64,000 bases of DNA from positions 1-64,000 of the forward strand of contig JAGVWE010000003.1 of the NCBI GenBank assembly GCA_018304425.1. Reading direction: 5' to 3'. Positions 1 to 9,994 of the stretch are shown one piece after another (the first letter of the stretch is position 1; every line of letters begins with the position of its first letter). The DNA is from Candidatus Iainarchaeum sp. Lineage in GTDB: Archaea > Iainarchaeota > Iainarchaeia > Iainarchaeales > UBA10219. The notes below the pieces were generated by a model. The model did not search any database, was not told where the DNA came from, and worked only from the letters and a program-made list of their open reading frames with translations. The position numbers were made by a program, and so were the translations under genes.

Positions 1-2
1 AC

Positions 3-557
3 CGCGACCCGGCTGAAATCGCGCGGGCAAAACACGGGGCCATCCATTGGCAGCGTGAAATCGACTCCTTGCTGGACGCCTTGACCTACTATTGTTCTAA
101 ACTGGTGCTGGAAACGAGGCCCCACCGGCAGGTAAACCATTTGGCCACCTTCCAAGAGCACCTCGTCAAACTGGCCATCGCCTATGCCGCGTTTGACCGG
201 GCAGTCCAGGCCTTCCAAGAAGAGTTCCTGATCGGGTCGTCCAAGGCCCCGGCAAAAGTCCGGGCTTTGGAACCAAAAACAAGAGAGGAATTCGTGAGAG
301 CCTACAAGGACATGCGTGCCCGCGAATTCAGGGTCGAAAGTTTTTTTGCCTGGTTGAAGAAGAACAATGCCTTCAATGAGATTGTGGCCCAACTCCACGC
401 AAACCCACGCCAGGCCAATGAACTGGACAGCCACCTTCGGGCAAGCACCAACCTCGCCTTCAAGGACGAGGCCAGGCTGGCTCGACTGGCAAGGATGACC
501 ATCGAGGCACTCCGGCAGCGCGTGAACGAAACCGGTTTCCTGGAGTTCCGGGTGTGA
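3..557 (+). CDS. Hypothetical helical protein, 5' end outside the window
   Basis: Frame is open from position 3 to TGA at 555-557. Charged helical pattern, no recognised motif. Confidence 0.6.
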   Translation, partial: RDPAEIARAKHGAIHWQREIDSLLDALTYYCSKLVLETRPHRQVNHLATFQEHLVKLAIAYAAFDRAVQAFQEEFLIGSSKAPAKVRALEPKTREEFVRAYKDMRAREFRVESFFAWLKKNNAFNEIVAQLHANPRQANELDSHLRASTNLAFKDEARLARLARMTIEALRQRVNETGFLEFRV

Positions 558-570
558 CCCGGAATCCCCC

Positions 571-576
571 TTTAAA
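571..576 (+). promoter_or_regulatory. TATA box upstream of dph5 (probably leaderless transcript)
   Basis: TTTAAA about 25 nt before ATG 601; the same spacing recurs across the window. Confidence 0.55.
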
Positions 577-600
577 GCCTTTCCCTGCCTAATACTCGGA

Positions 601-1371
601 ATGTTTTACCTGGTCGGCATCGGCTTGAAGCCCGGGCACCTGACCTTGGAAGCCCTGGAGGCCGTCAAGAAGTGCAGGCACGTGCTGCTGGAAAACTATA
701 CGAGCCGCTACGCGGAGGGTTCGGTGAAGGCGCTTGAAAAGGCGTTGGGCGTGGAAGTCTTTGAAGTCAGCCGAAGGGAAGTCGAGGAAGGCTTTGACAA
801 AATCCTTTCCCGCGCCAAGCGCGAGCACACCGCCCTGCTCGTGTACGGTAACCCCTTGATTGCGACCACGCACGTGCAGTTGTTGTTGGACGCGCGCGCG
901 CAGGGCGTGGACTGCCGGGTCATTCCCGGCGTGTCGGTGACCGATTTCCTGGCCAAAACCGGGTTGGATGCCTACAAGTTCGGCCGCACCACGACCCTTG
1001 TTTTTCCCCAGGAAAACTATGCCCCGGAAAGCTTCTACGACGTCATCGCCAAGAACAAGGGCCTGGGCCTGCACACCCTGTGCCTGCTCGACATCCAGGC
1101 CGAGAAGGCCCATGCCCAAAGGCTGATGACGGCCAAGGAAGCCATCCGCATCCTGTTGGCCATTGACCAAAAGCGGTGCACGCAGTTGTTCCCCAAGTCA
1201 ACGAAGCTCATCGCGTTGTGCGCCCTGGGCAGCGACCAGGAACTGATTGCCGCGGGCCGCGCGGAGCGGCTGCTGGACTTCGCCTTGGAGGGCATGCCCC
1301 AGTGCCTCATCGTGTGCGGCACCCTCAACGAAAAAGAGGAAGAGGCCGTGAAGGCCCTGTGCGAGAGTTGA
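601..1371 (+). CDS. dph5: Diphthine synthase (diphthamide biosynthesis methyltransferase)
   Basis: YLVGIGL start, ENYTS, GNPLIATTH, GLDAYKFGRTTT and GLHTLCLLDI motifs. Confidence 0.93.
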   Translation: MFYLVGIGLKPGHLTLEALEAVKKCRHVLLENYTSRYAEGSVKALEKALGVEVFEVSRREVEEGFDKILSRAKREHTALLVYGNPLIATTHVQLLLDARAQGVDCRVIPGVSVTDFLAKTGLDAYKFGRTTTLVFPQENYAPESFYDVIAKNKGLGLHTLCLLDIQAEKAHAQRLMTAKEAIRILLAIDQKRCTQLFPKSTKLIALCALGSDQELIAAGRAERLLDFALEGMPQCLIVCGTLNEKEEEAVKALCES

Positions 1372-1375
1372 TGGC

Positions 1376-1666
1376 TTGCCGGACAAGGAACTCCTGGAAA
1401 GGGTCGCGCGTTACCGCTCGCTGACCGAAACCGCGTTGAAAAAAATCCGGTTGAAGGAGGGGTTGACGGCCAAGGAGAAGGCAACCGCCGGGGACTTCCT
1501 CGCCATGGCCCGCGACTATGCCCGGGACGCGGGCTACTTCGATGGAAAGGGCGAGCACCTGACGGCGCTGGCAGCCTACAGCTATGCGCACGCCTGGCTG
1601 GATGCCGGGGTGCGGGCAGGCTGGCTGGACGCGCAAGGCGATGACCGGCTTTTCACGCTCCCCTAA
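1376..1666 (+). CDS. DUF357 family protein
   Basis: MARDYARDAGYF...ALAAYSYAHAWLDAGVRAG; the usual archaeal neighbour of dph5. Confidence 0.85.
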   Translation: MPDKELLERVARYRSLTETALKKIRLKEGLTAKEKATAGDFLAMARDYARDAGYFDGKGEHLTALAAYSYAHAWLDAGVRAGWLDAQGDDRLFTLP

Positions 1667-1711
1667 ACAGGCGAAAGGGTTAAATCCGTAGCCCGGCTCA
1701 TTGCTGTAAAC

Positions 1712-2749
1712 ATGCTGAGAAAGGTACTCCGTTTTTGGAGGGACGCGCTCCTCGACATCCTGGACGGGGACGCGCACAAGGTCTTGCACCGCTTTGCCGC
1801 CGATGTTTACCGGGCCCGGTATGGCGGCCCCAACAAGTTGCACATCGAGCCGATTGCGGCCTGCAACCTGCACTGCGAGTTCTGCTCGATTCCGCCCCCG
1901 CTCATCAAGCGCGAGAGCCGTTTCATGTCCCTGGAAAAGTTCAAGAAAATCGTGGACGATGTCAAGCCCCATTGCGTGGTCATGGCCCTCTACCTGGGCG
2001 GCGAATCCTTGTTGCACCCCCAGCTCCCCGAAATGGTGGCCTATGCCTCCAAGCAAGGCATCTACACCGAGTTGAGCACGAACGCCACCCTCTTGACTCC
2101 CGAGGTTTCCCGGAAACTCATCCAAGGCGGGCTGGACTCCATCACACTCTCCATTGACGGCGCCTCGAAGGCCAGCGTGGAAGGCATGCGGTTGGGCTCC
2201 AACTACGAGAACCTCATGCATAACCTCCGGGAATTCTTCCGCATCAAGCGCGAACTCGGCAAGCGCAAGCCCGATGCCTCCTTCCAGTTGCTGGTGTCCA
2301 AGCTGAACAAGGACGAAATCGCGGACTTCGAGGCCATGGCCAAAGGCTTCGGCGGCCACACCCGCATCCGGACCCTGGGCCTGCCGACCTGGGTGGGCGA
2401 GGGCGTGGACTTGAAAGCGCTGGCCGACAAGTACATCCTGGGCCCCGAAGAGGCCGCGCCGTTTGCGGGCTATGAAATCGACCGCGAGGGGCCCTGCACG
2501 TTCGACCAACGCAGTGTCGTCTTCGCGGACGGCCGCGTGGTGCCCTGCTGCTTTGACATCCACGGCGCGCACGTCATGGGCAACGCCTATCTCAAGCCCT
2601 TCCACGAGATATGGAGCGGCAAAACCTACCAGCAAACCCTGCCCCTGGTCCGGGCCAAGCAGCTCGACATCTGCGAGGGCTGTGACCTGAACCCCAAGCG
2701 CTCGGACGCCAAAATAAAGGCCCAGTATTCGTCGCAGGCCAGTCCGTGA
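1712..2749 (+). CDS. Radical SAM protein with SPASM/twitch domain
   Basis: CNLHCEFC (CxxxCxxC), GGESLLHP, and C-terminal C...DGRVVPCC...CEGC. Confidence 0.88.
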   Translation: MLRKVLRFWRDALLDILDGDAHKVLHRFAADVYRARYGGPNKLHIEPIAACNLHCEFCSIPPPLIKRESRFMSLEKFKKIVDDVKPHCVVMALYLGGESLLHPQLPEMVAYASKQGIYTELSTNATLLTPEVSRKLIQGGLDSITLSIDGASKASVEGMRLGSNYENLMHNLREFFRIKRELGKRKPDASFQLLVSKLNKDEIADFEAMAKGFGGHTRIRTLGLPTWVGEGVDLKALADKYILGPEEAAPFAGYEIDREGPCTFDQRSVVFADGRVVPCCFDIHGAHVMGNAYLKPFHEIWSGKTYQQTLPLVRAKQLDICEGCDLNPKRSDAKIKAQYSSQASP

Positions 2750-2799
2750 CGGCAAGAGAAAGCATTTAAGGGGTTTGATGGTAGTATAAACTGATTTTC

Positions 2800-3258
2800 A
2801 TGGGCATCTACGATGACGGCTATACTCCTGGGTTCACGGCCGCTGACCTTGGCAAGTACGCCAAGCTCTTGGCCGTCCTCTTCCTGCTGGCCGCGGCCTA
2901 TTACGCCATGGGGCAGGTCAACGAGGCCCTGAAACCCCAGCCCCTGGAAATCCGGCTCGAAAAAGAAAAAATCAAGCCCTCGGAGACCCTGTTGTTGAAC
3001 GTGAAAGTGACCAACACCACGGGCAAGGACGCCTCGGAGGTCGTGTTGCTCGTCAAGGCCAGGGACGAGAAATCCATCAACATCACGCCCCTGACCTCCA
3101 AAATCATAAAGAGCCTCCCCGCCAACGAGTGGCGGCAACTCGACTTCCTCGTCAACCCCATTGGAAGCATCAGCCCCGGCGGCTACACGATTACCGTGGA
3201 AACCATCCTCAGCGACCAAAAATTCGCGAAAAGCGCGGTGGTAACGGTCGAAGGGTGA
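2800..3258 (+). CDS. Single-pass membrane protein with Ig-like beta-sandwich domain
   Basis: One TM segment (LLAVLFLLAAAYYAM), then alternating beta strands (LNVKVTN, GGYTITVET). Confidence 0.65.
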   Translation: MGIYDDGYTPGFTAADLGKYAKLLAVLFLLAAAYYAMGQVNEALKPQPLEIRLEKEKIKPSETLLLNVKVTNTTGKDASEVVLLVKARDEKSINITPLTSKIIKSLPANEWRQLDFLVNPIGSISPGGYTITVETILSDQKFAKSAVVTVEG

Positions 3259-3270
3259 AGCCCGCCATCG

Positions 3271-3555
3271 CTAGTAAATCTTTTCGAATCCCTTGAACTC
3301 GCCGCTGGCCTCGTGCCAGGTGCACTCGACTTCTTTGACTTCGGCTCCGGGCGGGCCTTCTTCGAGGGCGCGCACGAATTCCTTGAGCGCATGCTCCTCG
3401 CCTTCCGCGAGAACCTCCACGCGGCCGTCATCCAGGTTCTTCACCCAGCCGACCAAGCGGTGCACGCCGGCCACGTGCCGGACAAACAACCGGTAGTTGA
3501 CTCCCTGCACCGAGCCCAAAACCAGGGCGTGCAAGCGCTTCAGCGCGGGCATCAC
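3271..3555 (-). CDS. acyP: Acylphosphatase
   Basis: [22 protein letters not shown] and EGPPGAEV motifs. Confidence 0.92.
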   Translation of the reverse strand: MMPALKRLHALVLGSVQGVNYRLFVRHVAGVHRLVGWVKNLDDGRVEVLAEGEEHALKEFVRALEEGPPGAEVKEVECTWHEASGEFKGFEKIY

Positions 3556-3989
3556 AATCCCTGGGCCTTCAATTCCTCCAAGGCCTGCTTGAACGCCTTC
3601 TTGGAGTTGTCATAGGTCAGGGTTTCCAGGGCCTGGGAAGCGGTCAGCCACTTGAAGTCGTCGTGCTCGATGACTTCATGCCGGCCCAACCGCACGTGCT
3701 CGTCGGAGTCTGCTTCCACGAAGAAGACGTCGTACACGTAATGGGTGTCCTTGGCCTTCCACTCCTTTTTCTGGGACAAGCGGCCCACTATCTTGACCAC
3801 CTTCAAGCCTGCTTCCTCGCCAATCTCCCGGACAACCGCCTGCTCGGGCTGCTCGCCCTCGTCCACCCCGCCCTTGGGGAACTCCCAGCCCTTCCAGTTG
3901 AGGATGCGATGCAACAACAGGTAATACTTGGATTCCCCTATTTTCTTGAACAAAACGGCTTCCACGCCCTGCTTGGTCTGCAATTCCAT
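3552..3989 (-). CDS. NUDIX hydrolase (Ap4A hydrolase-like)
   Basis: Nudix box [28 protein letters not shown] and EHDDFKW. Start placed at ATG 3989. Confidence 0.88.
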   Translation of the reverse strand: MELQTKQGVEAVLFKKIGESKYYLLLHRILNWKGWEFPKGGVDEGEQPEQAVVREIGEEAGLKVVKIVGRLSQKKEWKAKDTHYVYDVFFVEADSDEHVRLGRHEVIEHDDFKWLTASQALETLTYDNSKKAFKQALEELKAQGL

Positions 3990-4042
3990 AATGCCCTTGT
4001 GCGGCCAAGTGGTTAAAAACCGTGCGATGCACAAATCTGGGA

Positions 4043-4363
4043 ATGGCGAAGGAACTACGGCTGGTGTACGTCACCCACGAGAACCACGCGAAGGCCAAGG
4101 CGCTCGCCCGGAAGCTGCTCAAGGAACGATTGGTTGCGTGCGTGAACATCCTGCCACACACAGAAGCCGTCTACTGGTGGAAGGACAGAATCGAGGCATG
4201 CCCGGAGGCCGCGCTGCTCTGCAAGACCACCGCGAAGAACGTGCCCAAGCTGATTAAGCGGATAAAGCAGCTGCACCCCTATGACATCCCCTGCGTGCTC
4301 TCGCTGAAAGTCGAGAAAGGGAACCCGGCTTACCTGAATTGGCTGGAAAAAGAGTGCCGGTAA
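4043..4363 (+). CDS. cutA: Divalent-cation tolerance protein CutA
   Basis: [17 protein letters not shown] and [10 protein letters not shown] motifs. Confidence 0.92.
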   Translation: MAKELRLVYVTHENHAKAKALARKLLKERLVACVNILPHTEAVYWWKDRIEACPEAALLCKTTAKNVPKLIKRIKQLHPYDIPCVLSLKVEKGNPAYLNWLEKECR

Positions 4364-4371
4364 AAACGCCG

Positions 4372-4734
4372 CTATTTGCCTTCGGCCTTTCGCTGAAAGC
4401 GGCGCCGAGCACGCCCGCGTTTGAGTCGCGTGGCAATGGCCTTGAATCCGCCGCGGACTTTCTGGATGCCAAAGCGTAGCAAGGCCTTGGGAGAAGCGCT
4501 CGCCAGCCGCATGGCCCCAACCGGGAACCGGCGTTTGACCTGGAGGCGCTTCAAGGCAAGGGCGCCTTCCGCCTTCCCTATGTAGTCTGACCCAAACATG
4601 TGCGCGTTCATCGCGACATTGGCCACGTCCGCGGTGCGGGCGCGTACCATCCGGTTGCGGGAAACCAGCCGCTCGGCGCGTTCTCGCATAAAACGCTGGT
4701 AGGCGTTCCGCTTCGGCTTTGGCAGTGCAGCCAT
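4372..4734 (-). CDS. Arg-rich orphan protein
   Basis: Fills the cutA-thyX gap. ATTTAAAT at 4758-4765 upstream. Starts MAALPKPKRNAYQRFMRER and is very basic throughout. Confidence 0.6.
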   Translation of the reverse strand: MAALPKPKRNAYQRFMRERAERLVSRNRMVRARTADVANVAMNAHMFGSDYIGKAEGALALKRLQVKRRFPVGAMRLASASPKALLRFGIQKVRGGFKAIATRLKRGRARRRFQRKAEGK

Positions 4735-4796
4735 GGTAAAACTCACGCCCTCCAGCCATTTAAATGTTTCTGCTCTATTGGTTTTAGGGAAAGCGC

Positions 4797-6341
4797 TTGA
4801 CCGAAAAAATCGTTTCCGGCCCGCCCAAGGTGGTGCTGCAGAAGTGGTTCCAAAACCCCTACGCGGACGCCATCGCCGCCGCGCGCACCTGTTACTCGCC
4901 GCGCGTCATCGCCGATACCGAGGTCGAGGAAGTCCACAAGGAACGCATCGGCAAGACGACTTTTGAGGGCGGCCACCACACGGTGTACACGCACGCGACC
5001 TTCAAGTTCGGCCTCGAAAACGTGTCCCGACAGTTCGTGTGGAGCTTTTTGCACGCGCACCCGTTCTACAACAGCGAGCAGTCCAGCCAACGCTACGTCA
5101 AGCTCAACGAGGTCAAGGTCACGGTGCCTCCCTTGGACGCGGCCAACAAAAAAGTCTTTGAGCGCGCGTGCCGCGGGGCCTGGCAGGCCTACCGCGAGCT
5201 CACCGCGATTTTGTTGGAGGACTTGAAGGACGACTACCTGAAGCGGTTCCCCAAGAAGGAGTTGACGGACAAGGACTTGAAGAAGCTCGAAAAGAAGTCC
5301 ATCGAGACCGCGCGTTACGTCGTTCCCATCGCCGCGCACACCTCGATGGTGCACACCCTAAACGGCATCACGCTCTACCGGTTGTACCGGCTCATGAACC
5401 AGTTGCCGACTTCCTGGGAGGCCTCGGTCGTCGTCGGTCGCATGGTCGAAGAGGTCAAGAAAGTCGACCCCGACTTCTTCCGCAACGTCGAAGACCCTTT
5501 GCCCCTCGAGGAGACCCTGGAATTCAAGGCCGTGCAGGCGCTCAAGCAGGGGAGCAGCCAGGAATTCATCCGCGAATTCGACGCCGAACTGGGGGGCTAC
5601 ACGTCCAAATTGGTCGCGTTTTCCCCGGACGCCGAGCGCATCACCGCTGACGCCGTGCGCGCCGTGCTCGGCAAATCGAAACAGGAGCTGGGCGACGATG
5701 CCGCGCTGGATATGCTGGTGAACCCGGCCAAGAACAAGTACCTGGGCAGCAGCCTCGACCTGGCCACCATCTCGCCCCTGATGCGGTGCCTGAACCACGC
5801 CCATTTTTCGTTCAAGAAAAAGCTCAGCCACGCCGCGGACTCCCAGGACCAAAGGCATAGAATGGTGCCGGCCTCGCGGCCCGTGCTCTCCCTCGCGGTG
5901 TCCGGCCAACCCGACTACATCACCCCGCCCCAGATTGCACGCAACGAGAAGGCCAAGCAGGTGTATGACGCGTGGATGGGAAAGGCCTGGGACTACGCCA
6001 GGCAGTTGACGACCAACGGCGTGCCCAAGGAACACGCCGTTTACCTGCTCCCCAACGCGCTCGCCGTCCGCTTCATCGAGTCCGGGAGCCTCTTGAACTT
6101 GTGGCACAAGTGGGTCATGCGCTTGTGCTTGAACGCACAGCGCGAAATCTGGGTGAACTCGGTCGAGGAATTCGAGCAGGTCTCGAAGGTCGCACCGCGC
6201 CTCGTGAAATTCCTGGGCCCGCCCTGCCAGGTGCGCAAGACCGCGGAGATTACTCCTTGGTGCAACGAGGGCAAGCTGTTCTGCGGCTACCCGGTGTGGG
6301 GCTGGGGGCCGCTGGTCGAGACGGGAAAACGGCCTGTGTAA
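4797..6341 (+). CDS. thyX: FAD-dependent thymidylate synthase, tandem (double Thy1) form
   Basis: First domain: GHHTVYTHA, SEQSSQRYV, ETARYVVP. Second domain: SQDQRHR, YLLPNA, RLCLNAQREI. Confidence 0.85.
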   Translation: MTEKIVSGPPKVVLQKWFQNPYADAIAAARTCYSPRVIADTEVEEVHKERIGKTTFEGGHHTVYTHATFKFGLENVSRQFVWSFLHAHPFYNSEQSSQRYVKLNEVKVTVPPLDAANKKVFERACRGAWQAYRELTAILLEDLKDDYLKRFPKKELTDKDLKKLEKKSIETARYVVPIAAHTSMVHTLNGITLYRLYRLMNQLPTSWEASVVVGRMVEEVKKVDPDFFRNVEDPLPLEETLEFKAVQALKQGSSQEFIREFDAELGGYTSKLVAFSPDAERITADAVRAVLGKSKQELGDDAALDMLVNPAKNKYLGSSLDLATISPLMRCLNHAHFSFKKKLSHAADSQDQRHRMVPASRPVLSLAVSGQPDYITPPQIARNEKAKQVYDAWMGKAWDYARQLTTNGVPKEHAVYLLPNALAVRFIESGSLLNLWHKWVMRLCLNAQREIWVNSVEEFEQVSKVAPRLVKFLGPPCQVRKTAEITPWCNEGKLFCGYPVWGWGPLVETGKRPV

Positions 6342-6361
6342 GGCCAACCAATTCTGGCCTG

Positions 6362-7210
6362 CTACGTTATCGGACCACGATAAAGCTGGAAGCTGCGGCG
6401 CCCATCCACGTCAATATGGCAGGAATAGATGGATGGTTTCCTGGAACCCAGGGAATGCACGGGTCTGGAAACGACCATGACCGGCCATCCCAGGTCCTTA
6501 GCGAGCCAATGATCGCTCAACGTAAGGCCTTCCCGTGGATTCGTGGCGACCGCCCCGCCTCCCTGAGCGCTGTCAAATCGGATTTCCACAGTCACCCGCC
6601 CAAATACGATTGGATGCGTATGCCACATCACCGTGTGTCGGCCGGTGCGCTGCTCCTCCGCAATGTGCTCGGAGAGTCGCACTCTAAAGGAGTCAAAATC
6701 CCCTTCTTGAATATTGGGACTTTCCTGCAACTGTATGACGTAATGAGTGCCTTCCTGGATGATGACCGCCAGGCCGTGCAACTCTTTGCTCCGGTTGTCA
6801 TCGGCCAGTCGCTTCCAAGTGGGCAAGTCTTCAGGTGCCAAGGAAACCCGGTTCTCTGCCAGCGCCCGTGCAAATGCCTGATTGCGGGCCACATGCGGCC
6901 GCCAGAAGGGAGTCCGTCGCAGTTTTTCCAGCAAACGCTTTTTGGCTGCATTGGTTGCGGCATCAAACCGGTCGCGGGCCTTTCCACTCAAATAGGTCCC
7001 ATGACGGTCTACGATGGCCTGGACTTCGTCGAAGGCTTCGGCGATGGAAATCGGCTTGGATGCCAAGACGGCCTTCGCCCGGATGGCACTCAATCGCAGC
7101 CGCCACCGAAGACCCAATGCCTTGGGCCGGTCTTTTTCCAGCTGTTTAAAAAAGGCACGCCATTCACGCTGGCCTCTCGCCTCCGGGTCTTTTCTGCGAA
7201 ACCAAGGCAT
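6362..7210 (-). CDS. Orphan with Arg-rich N-terminus and C-terminal JAB/MPN-like metalloprotease domain
   Basis: KELHGL...WHTHP...GLTLSD...PVMVVS matches JAMM E-HxH-(S/T)xxD with an insertion. CTTTTATT about 22 nt upstream. Confidence 0.6.
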   Translation of the reverse strand: MPWFRRKDPEARGQREWRAFFKQLEKDRPKALGLRWRLRLSAIRAKAVLASKPISIAEAFDEVQAIVDRHGTYLSGKARDRFDAATNAAKKRLLEKLRRTPFWRPHVARNQAFARALAENRVSLAPEDLPTWKRLADDNRSKELHGLAVIIQEGTHYVIQLQESPNIQEGDFDSFRVRLSEHIAEEQRTGRHTVMWHTHPIVFGRVTVEIRFDSAQGGGAVATNPREGLTLSDHWLAKDLGWPVMVVSRPVHSLGSRKPSIYSCHIDVDGRRSFQLYRGPIT

Positions 7211-7343
7211 ACTATTCCTATACCCGACCCGGAATAAAAGCGTTTGCCAGTTGGTGGCCGTGCAATCCTTTCCCTTTAAAAGAAAGGGTAGCGCGGCCGG
7301 GTTTCATTCGTGCTTCAAACATTTCTTTCTTTTTGGCAACTTA

Positions 7344-7374
7344 CCTTTTTCTTTCTTCCAAAGAAAGAAAAAGG
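7344..7374. terminator. Perfect 14-bp hairpin just 3' of tRNA-Ser
   Basis: CCTTTTTCTTTCTT-CCA-AAGAAAGAAAAAGG. Confidence 0.55.
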
Positions 7375-7377
7375 CAG

Positions 7378-7461
7378 CGCGGAGGACGAGATTCGAACTC
7401 GCGTATCCTTTCGGATGCCAGCTCTCAAGGCTGGTGCGTTGGACCACTCCGCCACCTCCGC
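7378..7461 (-). tRNA. tRNA-Ser (anticodon UGA), CCA not encoded
   Basis: Acceptor stem GCGGAGG/CCTCCGC plus discriminator G; anticodon arm CCAGC-CTTGAGA-GCTGG; long variable arm ATCC-GAAA-GGAT; T-loop TTCGAAT. Confidence 0.95.
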
Positions 7462-7525
7462 GGCTGCTGGGCCGGAAGAATTATGGGTGAGGGCCTTTAA
7501 ATTAGTTGGCTTCGGCTGCCGCGCC

Positions 7526-8608
7526 TCACAGATGGGGCACCGAGGAATCGCGGAAGCGAACCAGTTTGACGCCCTCGCCTTTGACGACTTCGCCGATTAA
7601 CCGGGCTTTCTCGCCCAAGCGGGTGTTCAACAGGCGCAGGACCCTCTCCTTGTCCCGGTTTTGCACGACCAAGACCAGTCCAATCCCCATGTTGAAGGTG
7701 TGGAACATGTCCTTCTCCGGCACGTTGCCCGCGCGTTGGATGAGCCGGAACAAGGGCGGCACCCGGAACGAGTCCAGGTAAATCCTGCAACCCAGGCCCT
7801 TGGGCAGCACGCGGGGCAGGTTGTCCTGGAAGCCCCCGCCCGTGATGTGCGCGATGCCCTTGACCTTGAACTTCCTGCGCAGGGCGAGGATGGGCTTCGA
7901 ATAATTCTTGTGCGGCACGAGCAAGGCCTTTCCCACGGTGGTGCCGAGTTCCCTCAAAAAGGTCTTCGGCGAATAACCGGCCGACTCGAACAACACCTTG
8001 CGTGCCAACGAGTAACCATTCGTGTGCAAGCCATTGGAGGCCACGCCAACCAAGACGTCACCAGCGCGAATGGTTTTGCCGTCCAACAAGTCCCTTTTTT
8101 CCACGACGCCGATGATGCAGCCCGCCAAATCGTATTCGCCTTCCGAGTAAACCCCGGGCATCTGCGCGGTCTCTCCTCCCACAATCGCCAAGCCGTTGGC
8201 CTTCGCGGCAACCGCCATGCCCTTGACGAGTTGTTCCACGATGAAGGGGTCAATCTTGTTGCACGCGATGTAGTCGAGGAAGAACAAGGGCTTGCCGCCC
8301 ACGCACAGGATGTCATTGCACGAGTGGTTGACCAAGTCCTGCCCTATCGAGTCCCACTTGCCCATCAACTGGACGACCTTTATCTTGGTGCCCACCCCGT
8401 CAATCGAGGAAACGAGGATGGGGTGCTGGTAGGCCTTCAAGAAATCAGCGGAAAACGCGCCCCCGAACTGGCCGACATCCAAGGCCACGTGCTTGTTGAA
8501 GGTCGTGCGGACGTGCTTCTTGAGGCGTTCCTTGGCCTGCTCGGCCACGGAAATGTCGACCCCGGCCCTGGCATAAGTCAAGCCGCGCTTGCGTGCCTTC
8601 TTGGACAT
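7526..8608 (-). CDS. purM: AIR synthetase
   Basis: LTYARAGVDI, DGVGTK, GGETAQMPG, SNGLHTNGYSLAR, AHITGGG and TFNMGIG motifs. Confidence 0.96.
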   Translation of the reverse strand: MSKKARKRGLTYARAGVDISVAEQAKERLKKHVRTTFNKHVALDVGQFGGAFSADFLKAYQHPILVSSIDGVGTKIKVVQLMGKWDSIGQDLVNHSCNDILCVGGKPLFFLDYIACNKIDPFIVEQLVKGMAVAAKANGLAIVGGETAQMPGVYSEGEYDLAGCIIGVVEKRDLLDGKTIRAGDVLVGVASNGLHTNGYSLARKVLFESAGYSPKTFLRELGTTVGKALLVPHKNYSKPILALRRKFKVKGIAHITGGGFQDNLPRVLPKGLGCRIYLDSFRVPPLFRLIQRAGNVPEKDMFHTFNMGIGLVLVVQNRDKERVLRLLNTRLGEKARLIGEVVKGEGVKLVRFRDSSVPHL

Positions 8609-8647
8609 GAAAAAATTAAGGGGCAAGGGTTTAAAAGTAGTGCGATG

Positions 8648-9985
8648 TCAGGGGGAGTGACCGTGGACTCCGGCCGGCACGGGCTGGGGCTTTTGCCCGT
8701 CCTTCTTCCACTCCGTATAATAGAGGTTCATGGCCATCATGGGGCACAGGGTGTCGCACATGCTGCAGGCCCGCTTGTCCCTGGGCATGACTTCCTCGCG
8801 CATCTTCCGCGCCTTCTCGGGGTCCAAGGCCAAGGCGTATTGCTTCTCCCAGTCCAGGGCCTTGCGCGCCCTCGAAAGCTCGTTGTCCCACTCCATGGCC
8901 CCGGAAACCCCTTTCGCGATGTCCGCGGCATGGGCCGCAATGCGGTAGGCAATGACCCCCTCCTTCACGTCCTCCGGCAACGGGAGGCGCAGGTGCTCGG
9001 CGGGCGTGACATAACAAAGCATGTCCGCGCCATGCCAGCCCGCCAACGCGGCGCCGATGGCCGAGGTGATGTGGTCATAGCCGGGCGCGATGTCGGTGAC
9101 GAGCGGGCCGAGAACGTAGAACGGGGCCTCGTGGCAGAGTTCCTGCTGGAGCTTCATGTTGTACTCGATTTGGTGCAGGGGCACGTGGCCCGGGCCTTCC
9201 ACCATGCACTGCACCCCGGCCTTGAGGGTGCGTTGTTGCAGCTCGCCTAACGTGCGCAGCTCCTCGAACTGGGCCTTGTCAGAAGCGTCGTGAATCGCGC
9301 CCGGGCGAAGGCTGTCACCCAGGGAAACCGTGACGTCATACTTGTGTAGGAGTTCGAGCACCTGCTCGTAGCCCTCGTACAAGGGGTTTTCGCGGTTGTT
9401 GTGCCGCATCCAGACCGCCAAAATCCCGCCGCCCCTGCTCACCACGTCCGCTATCCGCTTCTGCTCGTCCATGCACTGCAAGGCCTTCTTGGTCATGCCT
9501 GCATGGATGGTCATGTAGTCGATGCCGGACTTGGCGTGGGCTTCCAGGGCGTCGAAGATTTCCTTTTCGGAGAGGTTCATGAAGTGGTGTTTCGCTTTCG
9601 CGGCGGCCTCGTAAATGGGGACGCTGCCAACCGGCACCGGGCAGGCCTTGACGACGGCGTCGCGGACTTCCTTCAAGTCCCCGCCCGTGGACAAGTCCAT
9701 GACCGTGTCCGCTCCAAAGTGAACCGCCAGGTGCAGTTTCTTGAGCTCGGCTTCGAGCTGCGCCATTCCCTTGGACGTTCCCAGGTTGGCGTTGATTTTC
9801 GTGCGCAGGCCCTTGCCGATGCCCATGGGCACGAGGCTCGCGTGCAAGGGGTTGCGGGGAATGATGATGCGACCCGAGACCAGGCCCTCGCGGACGAATT
9901 CCGGGGAAACGCCTTCCCGTAAGGCCACGAACTGCATTTCCTCGGTTAGTTCGCCGTCACGCGCGCGTTCAACGATGGTCTTCAT
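8648..9985 (-). CDS. thiC: Phosphomethylpyrimidine synthase
   Basis: [40 protein letters not shown] and CSMC...C motifs. Confidence 0.96.
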   Translation of the reverse strand: MKTIVERARDGELTEEMQFVALREGVSPEFVREGLVSGRIIIPRNPLHASLVPMGIGKGLRTKINANLGTSKGMAQLEAELKKLHLAVHFGADTVMDLSTGGDLKEVRDAVVKACPVPVGSVPIYEAAAKAKHHFMNLSEKEIFDALEAHAKSGIDYMTIHAGMTKKALQCMDEQKRIADVVSRGGGILAVWMRHNNRENPLYEGYEQVLELLHKYDVTVSLGDSLRPGAIHDASDKAQFEELRTLGELQQRTLKAGVQCMVEGPGHVPLHQIEYNMKLQQELCHEAPFYVLGPLVTDIAPGYDHITSAIGAALAGWHGADMLCYVTPAEHLRLPLPEDVKEGVIAYRIAAHAADIAKGVSGAMEWDNELSRARKALDWEKQYALALDPEKARKMREEVMPRDKRACSMCDTLCPMMAMNLYYTEWKKDGQKPQPVPAGVHGHSP

Positions 9986-9994
9986 GATGCTCCC

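Noticed and set aside
7378-7461. tRNA as a selenocysteine or suppressor tRNA
   Set aside because: The anticodon is UGA (reads Ser UCA), not UCA. It has a normal 7-bp acceptor stem and a Ser-type variable arm.
7310-7600. 96-aa ORF over the tRNA
   Set aside because: Antisense read-through of the hairpin and tRNA-Ser.
7661-9250. Long antisense ORFs (7661..9250; also 1325..2755, 31772..33535, 45099..46736, 52843..54063, 5972..7237)
   Set aside because: Stop-poor shadow frames of well-supported genes, expected with strong GC3 bias.
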